Position numbers and translations under genes: made by a program. Below are positions 9,766 to 20,538 of a stretch of DNA of 20,697 nucleotides, in pieces. The DNA is from Orycteropus afer (lineage: Eukaryota): assembly GCF_000298275.1 (NCBI RefSeq), contig NW_006922148.1, forward strand, positions 1,175,648-1,196,344. Reading direction: 5' to 3'. Numbering within the stretch: position 1 is the stretch's first letter; the number at the start of each line of letters is the position of its first letter. The notes under the pieces are model-generated. The model made no database searches and was not told where the DNA came from. It worked only from the letters and a program-made list of their open reading frames with translations.

Positions 9766-9967
9766 GTTGTTGTTGTTGTTGTTATGTGCCGTCGAGTCGG
9801 CCCCAACTCATAGCGACCCCTCCTTGGGTTTCTGAGGTGGCATCACTATAGAAGTAGATTGCCCAACCTTCCTTCTGAGGAGTGACTGGTGGGTTTGAAC
9901 CACCAGCCTTCTGTTTAGCAGTCAAATACCTTAGGCACTGTGCCCCCAGAGCTCTCAGTTTCCTGAT
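9766..9967 (-). mobile_element. AfroSINE-type SINE with RTE-like tail and (CAA)6 (plus-strand (TTG)6 at 9766-9783)
   Basis: The head is 161/162 identical to the preceding copy. The tail, read on the plus strand as gttgttatgtgccgtcgagtcggccccaactcatagcgaccc, parallels the RTE 3' end at 1222-1262 and retains 4 CpGs. Confidence 0.6.
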
Positions 9968-12800
9968 AGTATCCTTTTAATTTCTGTCTTTTCTGTTGTA
10001 ACATTGCCCCATTCATTTCTTATTCATGTTATTTGTATTGTCTCCCTCTTTTCCTTTGTTAAATTTGCCAATGGTTTGTCAGTTTTATTAATCTTTTCCA
10101 AAAACCAACTTGTAATGTTGATTCTTTCTGTTTTCTGTTCCATTTATTTCTGCTTGAATCTTTATTATTTCTTTTCTTCTGGTGACTGTAGGCTTTTTTT
10201 TTTTTTTTTGCTGCTATTTTTCTAAATGTTGAAGATGTTGGGTCAAGGTGTTGATTTTGGCTCTTCTTTTTGGATGTGTGTACTTACTGATATAAATTGG
10301 CCTCTGCTTACTGCTTTTAGTGTGTCCCAAAAGTTTTGATATGTTGTGTTTTCATTGTTGATTGAGTCCATGAATTTTTTAATTTCATATTGTATTTATT
10401 CTGTTACCCATTTGTTTTTAAGGAGGGTGTTATTCAGTTTTCTTGTGTGTGCTCTTTTTCTGTTGATCTTCCTATTGTTGATTTTCAATTTCATAGCATT
10501 GTGATCTGAGAAAATGCTTTATAGTATTTCAATGTTTTTTAAATTAATTAAGGCTTGCATTGTTGCCAAACATATGGTCTATCCTGGAGAAGGTTCCTAG
10601 TTTGCAGGAAAAGAATGTATATTGTGCTATTGCTGGGTGAAGTGCTCTGTAGATGTCTGTATGGTCAAGTTGGTGGATTGTATTGTTTAATTCTTTTGCA
10701 TCTTTGTTGAGTTTCTTTCCAGTTGTTCTATTTTTGATTGAAATTGGTGTATTAAAATCTCCTACTAGACTGTGAAGTCATCTATTTGTCTTTTCCATTC
10801 TGTTGATATCTGATTTATGTGCTTTGGGGCTGTTTCATTGGGTGGATAGATATTTATTATTGTTATGTCTCCTTGTTCAGTTGATCTCTTATTCATTATA
10901 TAATGCCCTTCCTTGTCTCTTATAGTGTTTTTTGTCTTCAAGTCAATTTTATCAGAAACTAATATTGCCACTCTGGCTCTTTTATGGTTGCTATTTGCTT
11001 GATATTTCTTTTTCCCACCTTTGATTTTTAGTCTATTTTGTCTTTGTCTCTAAGGTGTGTCTCTTGTAGACAGCCTATTGATGGGTTATATTTTCTTATC
11101 CAGTCTGCAACTCTCCATCTCTTGAGTGGTGCGTGTAATCCATTGACATTCAGTGACAGTAACAAGTATGAATTTGTTGCTGTCCTTTTGTTATGTGCTT
11201 TTTCGTGCTTTTCCTGATTTCTTTGTTCCATATAATTTTCTGTGCTGAGCTTGTTTTGTTTATGAATTGTGTTATTTCCTTTGTTCCTCTTGTTTTAGTA
11301 TTTGCTTAATATTTGTGCTTGTCTTCTTTTTTATTTAATTGTGAAAGTTTATCATTTTTCTTTGAGGTTACTGTGTGATTTATAATTTTATTCCTGAGTT
11401 TTGATCAGTTTGTTCTCTCTTGCAATTGTCTTGACTTCCTCATCAATTGGAAGTTCTGTAACTACACCATTTTCCCCTTCTTTGTGACCTTTAGTTGTCC
11501 TCATTTGCTAATTGATGTCTTTGGTTCTCTGTTTTTGATCTTGTAGGCTTATTTACTGTGGATACATCCATAACTGACTTGGTTTCTGTGTTATATCATG
11601 TGTGTTAATGGTTGATTATTTTTTGCTGTTGTTGGTTTTGCATACAAAGGATTCCCTTTAGCAGCATGTTTTGTAAGGTTGGTCTGATTTTAACAAATTC
11701 CCTTAATTTCTTCTTACCTTGAAATGCCCTAAATTCACCATCATATTTGAGGGACAATTTTGCTGGGCATATAATTCTTGGTTGGAATTTTTTTCTTTAA
11801 GGGTTTTATATATACCATCCCATTGCCTTCTCACCTGCATGGTTTCTGCCAAGAATCAGAGCTTAGTCTTATTGGTTGCCCTTTGTAGGTAACTTTTGGT
11901 TTTTCCTGTACTGCTTACAGAATTCTTTTTCGTGTTTGTCTTTGGTGAGTTTGATGATGATATGTCTTGATGATTTTCTTTTGGGCTCTATCCTGTTTGG
12001 CATCCATTGGGTTTCCTGAGTTGATATATTGTCATCTTTCGTGTCATCAGGGAATTCTCTTTCAACAAATCTTGGCCAATTTTCTCAGTGTTTTTCTTTT
12101 TCTCTTCCTTGTCTGGAATCCCAGTTATACATAAATTATTCATTTTGATGGTATCCCACCTGAACCATTTGCTTTCTTCATTTTCTTTTGATCTTTTTTC
12201 TGAGTGATCCCTTTCCAAAGAATTAGTGAGGTATTTGTCTTCAGTCTAATGAATTCTGTCTTCCGTTGATTCAGTTCTACTCCATTGCCCATTCAATATG
12301 TTATCTGTTTCTGAAAATTTAGTATTAATCTTCTGGATTTCTTTCTTTAGAATTTGTATCATTTCTAGTTTTTCATTTATTTTATCATTTTGTTCTTATA
12401 TTGTCTTCCGAAATTGTTCTAGGGTTTTATCTATGTTTTCCTCAACTTTGTCAATGTTTTCCTTGTTCTGTCTCTACATCCATGTAAAGTACCTAAATAT
12501 CATTCATTTGAATTTCTTATCAGGGTGTTCAATGTTGCTTCTTCCTCAGAGATGTCTTCAGGATCTGTATCATGGTTCTTTGTTTCTGCTGTTTTATCTT
12601 GCTTCTCTGTGTGAGCTGTGATGGTCTCTTGTCTCTGAGACATTGTGACATTGTTTTATTTATATTTAATTATATGTCAGAGTGATTCTCCCAAGATTTT
12701 CATTTTCTTTGGATGTATCTGAGTAAATAGTGTACTGCACTCCCATATTTGCTAGTTGGCAGCACATATGCACTCTCCACCTGTCTCCTTTCTAGTCATC
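9968..12800 (-). mobile_element. L1 5' two-thirds: ORF2 endonuclease/N-terminal region (~9968-11231) and ORF1 (~11990-12650), with the upstream region extending to ~12800
   Basis: Minus ORFs: 11028-11231 …YLLLSLNVNGLHAPLKRWRVADWIRKYNPSIGCLQETHL… (ORF2 start, endonuclease). 10765-10971 MAILVSDKIDLKTK…DKEGHYIM…DITIINIYPPN (endonuclease). 11988-12218 reads as ORF1 C-terminal region. All are broken by stops and frameshifts. Confidence 0.65.
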
Positions 12801-12809
12801 AGTCTCCTG

Positions 12810-14690
12810 TATGCCCTGCTGTCCTTGGCAAGTGGAGCCTGTTCTTAACTCCCTGAAATCTGAATGAGAACACTGTCACATTAAATATCCAAAATGAGTC
12901 ATTAGACAGATGCAGATCAAAACAACAAAGAGATATCATCTCACCCCAGCAATGATAGCAAAGTTCAACAGGTCAGAAAATAGCAAATGCTGGTAAGGTT
13001 GTGGAGAGATTGGAACTCTTGTGCACTGCTGGTAGGATTGTAAAATGGTACAACCATTGTGGGGTACGGTATGGCGTTCTTTAAAAAACTGAAAATAGAA
13101 ATACCATTTGACCCAGCAACTCCATTACTAGGAATATATCCTAAAGAGGTGAGAGACAGTGCATGAGTAGACATATGAACACCTGCGTTCATCACAGCAC
13201 AATTCACTATAGCAAAGAGATGGAAATAACCTAAATGCCCATCAACGGATGAGTGGATAACCAAATTATGGTACATGCACACAAAGGAATACTATGCTAC
13301 ATTAAAGAACAATGAGGGATCCACTAATCACCTCACAATGTGAATGAGCCTGGAGGACATTATGCTGAGTGAAATAAGTCAAATGTGGAAGGATGAGTAC
13401 CGTATGAGCCTGTTACTGTAAACAGACAAAAAAGGGTTTGGTTGTGAAAGGGGACTCACATTCTAGGTTACCAGGGTGGGGAGGGAAGGAGAGGGATTTA
13501 TTTCAGGCTAGTTGGGGCCCACGTGCTGATGTGGGTAAGGGGAGGGATATATGGAAAGAGTTTGAGACCACCATGATAACATTAGGAAAAGGGAGGACAC
13601 TGAATCGTGCACATAGGAGATAGATGACAGATGCTAATAACAACCAGTGTGCCCACAATGCTGCATTACCATTAACACCAAACACTAGGCTACAGATAAA
13701 CACATAAACACCAGAGAGGACCAGATTGGGGTCAGTGAACTCTAAACCAAGGATAGATTCAATGCAGGCTAATCTTACATAGGTACCAGTGATACAAAAT
13801 ACCCGTAATCCTTACAGAAACAATAGAAGACAGACACAGAGCAATCCCTCACAGACACCCAGACACTATAGGAGAGAGAGCCAATGGATCTACCGTCTCA
13901 GGACCATAGTACTGGGGGACACCAGACTCAGTTAGCACAACAAAATGCATAAAAGCATTGCTCCTCATCCTACATTGGTGAGTAGTGACTGGGGTCTTAA
14001 AAGCTTAAAAGCTTTCAAGTGGCCATCTAAGATGCACCTGATAGTCTCCTAGCATCGGAAGTGAAGAAGAATTAAAACAACAACAACAAAAAAAAAACAA
14101 AACCAAGGGCATTTGGAAGCAATCAGCCCTAGAACAATGGCCCTCAAGACCAGAACTAGATGGTGCCTGGCTACCAATGCCAACCACTCAGGGAAGGATC
14201 AAATCTGGAAATCCTGGATAGAGTGGGAGGAAAAACATGGAACAAAATCCAAAAACTCAATAATGACCAGAATTACTGGTCGGATGGAGTCTGGTGAGAC
14301 TGTTAATACTATGGCCCTGGAATGCGTTCTGCACCTAGAATAAAACTCACTCCAGGGGCTGGCTCTCAGCCCAATAGTTAACAAGATGTATATGCAGACC
14401 ACTCAACCCAGGGGGATACACATACTCTATGGAAATACATCCCTTGGAGCAGTAGACGATGGGGCACCAGAAGGGCAACATTCACATGGGGGTAATGCAG
14501 GACAGACAGGAGTGCATAACTATGAGGGGCACAGGGGGAGAGTTACTGGGCAGGGAAAGGAGGAGATTGAGTTAGGGTTAGGCATGGTAAATGGGGAGTG
14601 AAACTAAACGTACACATAACATTGAATGTAAAACAAACTCTTAAAATAAAATTTAAAAAATAAATAAATATCCCAAATGGCCACTGCTTG
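12810..14690 (+). mobile_element. L1 3' end: ORF2 C-terminus (~12810-13430) plus long 3'UTR (~13431-14690) ending in an A-rich tail
   Basis: The plus-strand translation reads …RYHLTPAMIAKFNRSENSKCW.GCGEIGTLVHCW…PFDPAIPLLGIYPKE…NDEGSTNHLTM.MSLEDIMLSEISQ. It ends in A-rich aaaataaaatttaaaaaataaataaata. Confidence 0.7.
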
Positions 14691-14965
14691 TAAACATTGA
14701 AAATGGCTGCACCCTCTGGACACCTGAAAGTCCACAGGTCAGTTTTTCTCCTTTTTTGCTGTTTCTGTTTTTAGACATCACCCACCAGCACCAGCACAGT
14801 TGTCCACATAGCCCTGGGCAAACAGGGCCAGTTTTTACGTTGTTAGATTCTAACACCACTTGGAAATACTCAGGCTGTCTGTGCCGTTAGGATAGCTGAC
14901 AGTGTGCAGGTCCGTGTGTCTTCTTACTCACTGTTTTCATTCAGGTTCTTCTGGCAGTTGGTGTT

Positions 14966-15560
14966 TGTTTTGGGTCTCTAGTGCCTTCTAACAGAAGATA
15001 CCACAAATGGGTAGATAGCTTTAAAAAACAGGGGTTTATTCTCTTATTCTTTAGGAGGCTAGAAGTCTGAGTTCAAAGTGCCAGCTCTAGGGGCTGGCTG
15101 AAAGCCCCTCAGCCTTGTACTTCAGCTGTTTCTCTTGCTTCTGGCCCACTGGGGCTGAAGGCATCTCTTCACTCAGGTAGTTGTTGACTACTGAGGCTGA
15201 GAATCCCAATGTCAATAAGTATAATGGCACAGTACCAAAATTATCAAACCACATGACAGGCCACTCATTAAGTGCATTAACAGTCCCAAGATTGGCAGAC
15301 AACTTGGCAGGGTGCTGAACAATGACTCAACTACATGCAGGATTCAAACATGCCAAAAGCTGCAGTCTATACCCAGAGCTTCTCCTTATATACTGGAAGC
15401 TAACCACATCTCTGTGGCAGCTACTCATCTGCTCCAGTAGATTCCACCATGGAGTTGATTACCATTCTCATCATGAGAAATAACTATATCCAGCTACCTA
15501 ATTACTGCAAACCAAGCCTAGCCAACTTGACACACAGCTTAACTACCACAATTGGCACTT
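14966..15560 (-). mobile_element. Solo LTR (same family and orientation as 7448-8087)
   Basis: It aligns along its length with copies 1 and 4. A TATA-like motif (plus-strand ccttatatac at ~15388-15397) is present. AATAAA on the minus strand corresponds to tttatt at 15035-15040. No adjacent PBS was found. Confidence 0.5.
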
Positions 15561-15640
15561 AGGTTGATTCCATCGATTTGCTAGAGTTAATTATGCTGCA
15601 ATGAACATGGGTGTGTTTCCTGTCTTTTTATGACCTTTTG
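15561..15640 (-). mobile_element. Short L1 ORF2 fragment
   Basis: The reverse complement reads …THVHCSIINSSKSMESA (L1: TRMFIAALFTIAKTWNQPKCP). Confidence 0.3.
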
Positions 15641-15998
15641 GTTGCTTCATGTATGATGTTCTTGGTGTCATTCCAGAACTTGTTTGGTCTTTGGTCATTT
15701 GTGTTCAGTGCTCCAAAACTGTTATTGAGATGGACTCTTAATTCAAGTGGGATATAATCAAGATCCTATTTTGGTTCTTGTGGATTTGTTTTAATTTTTT
15801 TCACCTTTGACTTGAACTTACATAGGAGCAATTAATGATGTGTTATTTTGACATCCTGTGATGGCTTGCATGTTGCTGTGATGCTGGGAGCTATGCCACT
15901 AGTATTTTAAATACCACCAGGGTCACCAGTTGTAGACATGTTTCAGGGAAGCTTCTAGACTAAGACAAACCAGGGAGAAAGACGTGATGGTCTACTTC

Positions 15999-16001
<3 letters not shown>

Positions 16002-16036
<35 letters not shown>
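16002..16036. repeat. (TA)n microsatellite
   Basis: Direct read: (at)17. Confidence 0.9.
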
Positions 16037-16042
<6 letters not shown>

Positions 16043-16212
16043 TTGCTGTAGAGTCAGATCCAATGCATAGCGACCCCTCCTTGGGTTTCCAAGGCAGTAT
16101 CACTGCGGAAATATATTGCCTGACTTTCCTTCTGGGGAGTGGCTGGTGGGTTTGAACTTCCAGCCTTCTGGTTAGCAGTCAAATGCCTTAGGCACTATGC
16201 TACCAGAGCTCC
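16037..16212 (-). mobile_element. AfroSINE-type SINE (diverged copy)
   Basis: About 85% similar to the 9604-9765 head. The tail gcatagcgacccctccttggg is present. Confidence 0.6.
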
Positions 16213-16266
16213 TATATATGTATGTATGTATGTATGTGTGTGTGTGTATGTGTGTATATATATGTA
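16213..16266. repeat. (TATG)n/(TG)n compound microsatellite
   Basis: Direct read: tatatatgtatgtatgtatgtatgtgtgtgtgtgtatgtgtgtatatatatgta. Confidence 0.85.
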
Positions 16267-16959
16267 TTCAAAAAGAAGCAAAAACTAAGAAATACATTAT
16301 TGACAAATATATACCTGTATGTCAAAAGTAGAAAAGAAAGAAAATAATATAGACAAAAGTCTAAATAGTGGTTAGATTATCTCTGAACATTCACAAGGTG
16401 GTATCAAAAATATGGATGATAGTCTGTTTCTTATGGTTATTTTAGTATTCTTCTTTAAACATTTGTATGTTAATTATTTTTCCCTGGTACCAAATATTTC
16501 AAAATAAAAGAAACATTAAAATAATTCTTTAAACATTCATTCATTCAGTTGAATTTAACGACATTGAAATCTTTGGTTATTTTTGGTAGAGTAGTTTCAG
16601 TGGAGAAGTATGACTAGGTGCCAAATTGTGATAGGTTGGTGAGTGGCAAGCAAATTTTGAAGAGATGGTAGTTGGACACCTCTGTAAAGATTATGAGTGA
16701 GAAAGGTAGAAGAAAGATAGGTAGAAAGTTAGAGGGGAAAGGGTCAGAGAATTGGGAGTTGAGTGGAAGGACTTAAGCATGTTTTGCATTATAAGGAAAG
16801 AGTCAGTAGAAGGGGAAGGCCTTTCAGGAAGAATGGAAAAATTAATTACAAAAGATGAAAAGTGCAAGATGGAGATGGAACTAAGAAGAACAGGCAGGCA
16901 GGATGTTTTGGTCATGATCTTTAAAAAATTTAACAGTATGTCCTAAAACTTTTATTTAT

Positions 16960-17062
16960 TTATTTTTTAAAATATTTATTGTGATTTGGGTGAAAGTTGA
17001 CCAAGCAAGTTCACTTTTGATACAGCTGCTCACATGACCTTTGGCTCATGACATTGACTGCT
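16960..17062 (-). mobile_element. L1 3'UTR terminal ~100 bp (3' end at ~16960 with T-rich plus-strand tail 16935-16975)
   Basis: It matches 545-640 directly (tttattgtgatttgggtgaaagtt.ac…). Confidence 0.45.
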
Positions 17063-17621
17063 GTATTAGACTGCATTCTCTAGAGAAAAAAAAACCAGTA
17101 AAGCTTATATATATGTATATTTATCTTAGGAAAATGGCTTACACACTTATAGGAGCTGACAAGTTCAAAGTTCAAAGTTCCTGGATCAAATGTCAAGCTG
17201 GAGGCTTTTTGACGTCAAGCTGAACAATTTTCCAGACTCTTGCAACTGCAGGGGCTGAGGAGCTCAAGGCTGGCAGGCAGTACACCAGCTGTTGACTCCA
17301 ACAAATGACGAATCCGAGATCTCCAGGCCGAATGGTGGATTGTTCACTCACGGACAGTTGTAGGCAGCACAATAGAATCTCAATCCACGGAAGAATGTCT
17401 CTTTCCCAGGATGTCCATAGATATACTGGAAGCAGGCCACACCTCTAGGGAAATTCCCTTTCAACAGATTGGTTGCTCAAAACATAATTATCTGATCCCA
17501 TCATGGGAATAACCACGTCACAACAGCTTAAACCACACAGAATTGTGGTCCAGCCAAGTTGACACACAGCTCCAACGATCACAGTCCACCCCTTGTCAAC
17601 TTGGCAGTTGTACACATCTTC
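17063..17621 (-). mobile_element. LTR, probable 3' LTR of the adjacent ERV-L-like provirus
   Basis: It is homologous to copies 1-3 and in the same minus orientation as the pol genes directly upstream on the minus strand. It ends (plus strand) …cccttgtcaacttggcagttgtacacatcttc, like copy 1. Confidence 0.5.
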
Positions 17622-17968
17622 TTAACCATATATAATCTCTAAATAAGGACAATTATAAAGTCATATTTGCACCTAACATAATACGCTAACACATGTACAA
17701 CTGAAACGCACTAACTTCATTTACATTTCACAGTTCATAACAGAAGGAAACAAAAATATTTGATGCACATATACAATGAAGAAATACAACAATCACAGTC
17801 CTTGTTTCTGCAGCTGGTCATGTGGTCATAGCTGATATTCAGAACTACCTTCTTCCACCACCCATTCTGTATTTCCCTTGCCCTCAGCAAATACCTCAGT
17901 TGGTTGTGGTTCTTTGCTTGGTGGGGTGACCCAGACCTTCATTCCTGAAGGGTCTGGGCTGTTAGCAG

Positions 17969-18472
17969 TCATATCAGAATTGGGTTGCTGTAATTTTCCA
18001 TTGACTTTAAACACAGGGCATGTAGTACTAACAGACATCCTAAAGAATCTCCTGTGTTCCAGACATGTTCTTCTTTACCTCCATTATGTAATGTCAATCC
18101 AGTTTCCTCTTGGTAATCAGATAGTACAGTAATGCCTTTCTTTGTCTGTTGATCCAGAGGCATGAGGAAGCCAAAATGGCCAGGTGGCATTTTTAATTTC
18201 CAGTTCAATGCAATCAATATTGTGTCTCCAGGTGGGAGTGTTCCTCCCTTTGGGACTAAGATCTCCAGACCCGCAGAGCGTAGGGTAGCAGGGACAGGAA
18301 GCAAAAAGTTTTTGAGCGGATCACTAGAGGAAGTAGTGAGTGGTACCACTCCTGTTTCCTCCCCTTGGTTCCTGGACCTGTGAATCCTGGTCATTGGAGA
18401 AACAGAACCATATATTGGTTGTTGGTTTAGAGCATATACAGCCTCCTGGAGAACATTGCCCCAACCCTTCAA
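17969..18472 (-). pseudogene. ERV pol C-terminal dUTPase domain
   Basis: RSAGLEILVP…PPGDT.LI…GFLMP…GITVLSDYQEETGLTLHNGG (dUTPase motifs AGxDL, GxIDxDYRGE-like). Confidence 0.6.
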
Positions 18473-18487
18473 GGTATTGCCACCTAG

Positions 18488-18787
18488 CTAGCACTGTAAT
18501 AATGTTTTCAGGAGGCCATTCCATCGTTCTATCAAGCCAGCTGCTTCAGGATGATGGGGAACATGGTAAGACCACTGAATTCCATGAGCATAAGCCCACT
18601 GTCGCACTTCATTTGCTGTGAAGTGAGTCCCTTGATCGAAAGCAATACTGTGTGGGATACCATGATGGTGGATAAGGCATTCTGTAAGTCCACAGAGGGT
18701 AGTTTTAGCAGAAGCATTGGGTACAGGGAAGGCAAATCCATATCTAGAATATCTATTCCAGTAAGAACAAAACTCTGTCCTTTCCAT
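18488..18787 (-). pseudogene. ERV pol integrase catalytic core
   Basis: …SIAFDQGTHFTANEV…HVPHHPEAAGLIERWNGLLK (D-D-35-E core motifs). Confidence 0.65.
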
Positions 18788-18957
18788 GATGGAAGTGGTC
18801 CAGTGTAATCAACCTGCCACCAGGTTGTTGGCTGATCACCCTAAGGAATGGTTCCATATCGTGGACTCAGTGTTGGTCTTTGCTGCTGGCAGATTGGGCA
18901 CTCAACAGTGGTGGTAACCAAATCAGCCTTGGTAAGCGGGAGTCCATGTTGCTGAAC

Positions 18958-19929
18958 TCATGCATGACCTCCATTCCTGCCACCATGGCCACTTTGTTCA
19001 TGAGCCCATTGAACAGTGACAGGAGTAGCTTGGGTAAAAGGATGGCTGGTTTCCATTGAATGTGTCATCTTATCCACCTGATTGTTAAAGTCCTTCTCTG
19101 CTGAGTTCACCTTTTGGTGGGCATTCATATGAGACACAAATACCTTTACTCCTTTGGCCCATTCAGAGAGATCTATCCACATACCTCTTCCCCATACATC
19201 CCTATCACCAATCTTCCAATCATGCTTCTTCCAAGTCCCAGACCATCCAGCTAAGCTATTAGCCACAGCCCATGAATCCGTATATAATCGCACATCTGGC
19301 CATTTCTTATCCCATGCAAAGTGAACAGCCATATGCATGGCTTGAAGTTCTGCTCATTGGGAGGATTTCCCTTCACCACCGTCCTTTAAGGAAGTCCCAG
19401 AAAGGGGCTGCAGTGCTGCTGCTGTCCACTTTCGAGTGGTTCCTGCATATTGCACAGAACCATCTGTAAACCAGGCACAAGTTTTCTCTTCCTCAGTGCA
19501 CTGATCATAAAGAACTCCCCATGAGGACATAGGTGCAGACTGGGAGAGGGAAGGTAATGTGACTGGAGTGGAGACCATAGGCATTTGGGCAACTTCCTCA
19601 TGCAACTTACTTGTGCCTTCAGGTGCTGCTCGAGCCCAAACTCTGATATACCACTTCCATTTAATGATGAAGTGCTGCTGTGCACGTCCAACTTTATGAC
19701 TCTGTGGGTCAGGCAACACCCAGTTCATGATGGGCAGCTCAGGCTTTATGGTCACTTGGTGGCTCATGGTTAGGCATTCAGTCTCTACTAAAGCCCAGTA
19801 ACAAGCCAAAAAGTTGTTTCTCAAAAGGAGAGTAGTTATCTGCAGAGGATGGGAGGGCTTTCCTCCAAAATCCCAAGGGTCTGCATTGTGATTCACCAAT
19901 AGGGACCTTCCAAAGACTCCAAACAACAT
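18958..19929 (-). pseudogene. ERV pol RT-connection / RNase H / integrase N-terminal zinc-finger region (two ORF pieces)
   Basis: …CAWFTDGS… (RNase H start), LYTDSWAV…SHMNAHQ…NSAEKDFNNQVDKMT (RNase H), …WAHEQSGHGGRNG (HHCC-like). Confidence 0.6.
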
Positions 19930-20088
19930 TTCTATCTACTACAGACACTTCAAGCATCATTGGATCGCCGGATCATATGGCCCAAGTGGCAGAGAAGCCT
20001 GCATGGCAGCCTGAACCTGTTGCAGAGCCTTCTTTTGTTCTGGGCCTCACTCAAAACTAACAGCTTTCTGAGTCACTTGATAAATAGG

Positions 20089-20538
20089 TCACAGCAACAC
20101 ACCCAAATGAGGGATATATTGCTTCCAAAATCCAAAGAGGCCCACCAGACATAGTGCCTCCTTTTTAGTTGTGGGGGAAACCAGGTACAGTAACTTATCC
20201 TTCCCTTGAGTAGGAATATCTCGACATGCCCCACACCATTGCACCCCTAGAAATTTCACTGAGGTGGAAGGTACTTGAATTTTTGTTGGGTTAATTTCCC
20301 AACCTCTAGCACCCATATGTCTCACCAATAAGTGTAGAGTCATTGATACTTCTTCTTTACTAGGTCCAGTCAGCATAATGTCATCAATATAATGGACCAA
20401 TGTGATGTCTTGTGGAAGGGAAAGGTGATCAAGATCCCTATGGACTAAATAATGATACAGTGCCAGGGAGCTGATATACCCTTGAGGAAGGACTGTAAAA
20501 GTATACTGTTGATAAACATTTACCTGAGGTAGATACAC
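20089..20538 (-). pseudogene. ERV pol reverse-transcriptase fragment
   Basis: …[14 protein letters not shown]…[12 protein letters not shown] (RT motifs LPQG and YxDD). Confidence 0.7.

Larger units (their letters stand above)
17622..20526 (-). mobile_element. ERV-L-like (class III) endogenous retrovirus internal region: pol (RT / RNase H / integrase / C-terminal dUTPase). gag is absent or truncated and no env is visible. Pseudogenized.
   Basis: Minus-strand domain order with motifs is given in the sub-features below. A dUTPase downstream of integrase is characteristic of HERV-L/MuERV-L. Confidence 0.7.

Noticed and set aside
9604-9967. The tRNA-like heads of the AfroSINE copies (and 16037-16212) were considered as tRNA genes.
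   Set aside because: They are CpG-decayed SINE heads attached to RTE-like tails, not free-standing cloverleaf genes.
17063-17086. Direct repeat gacattGACTGCtgtattaGACTGCattc at the L1/LTR junction was considered as a target-site duplication for the ERV 3' LTR.
   Set aside because: Both copies lie on the same side of the LTR rather than flanking the provirus, and the 5' LTR is outside the window, so it cannot be evaluated.
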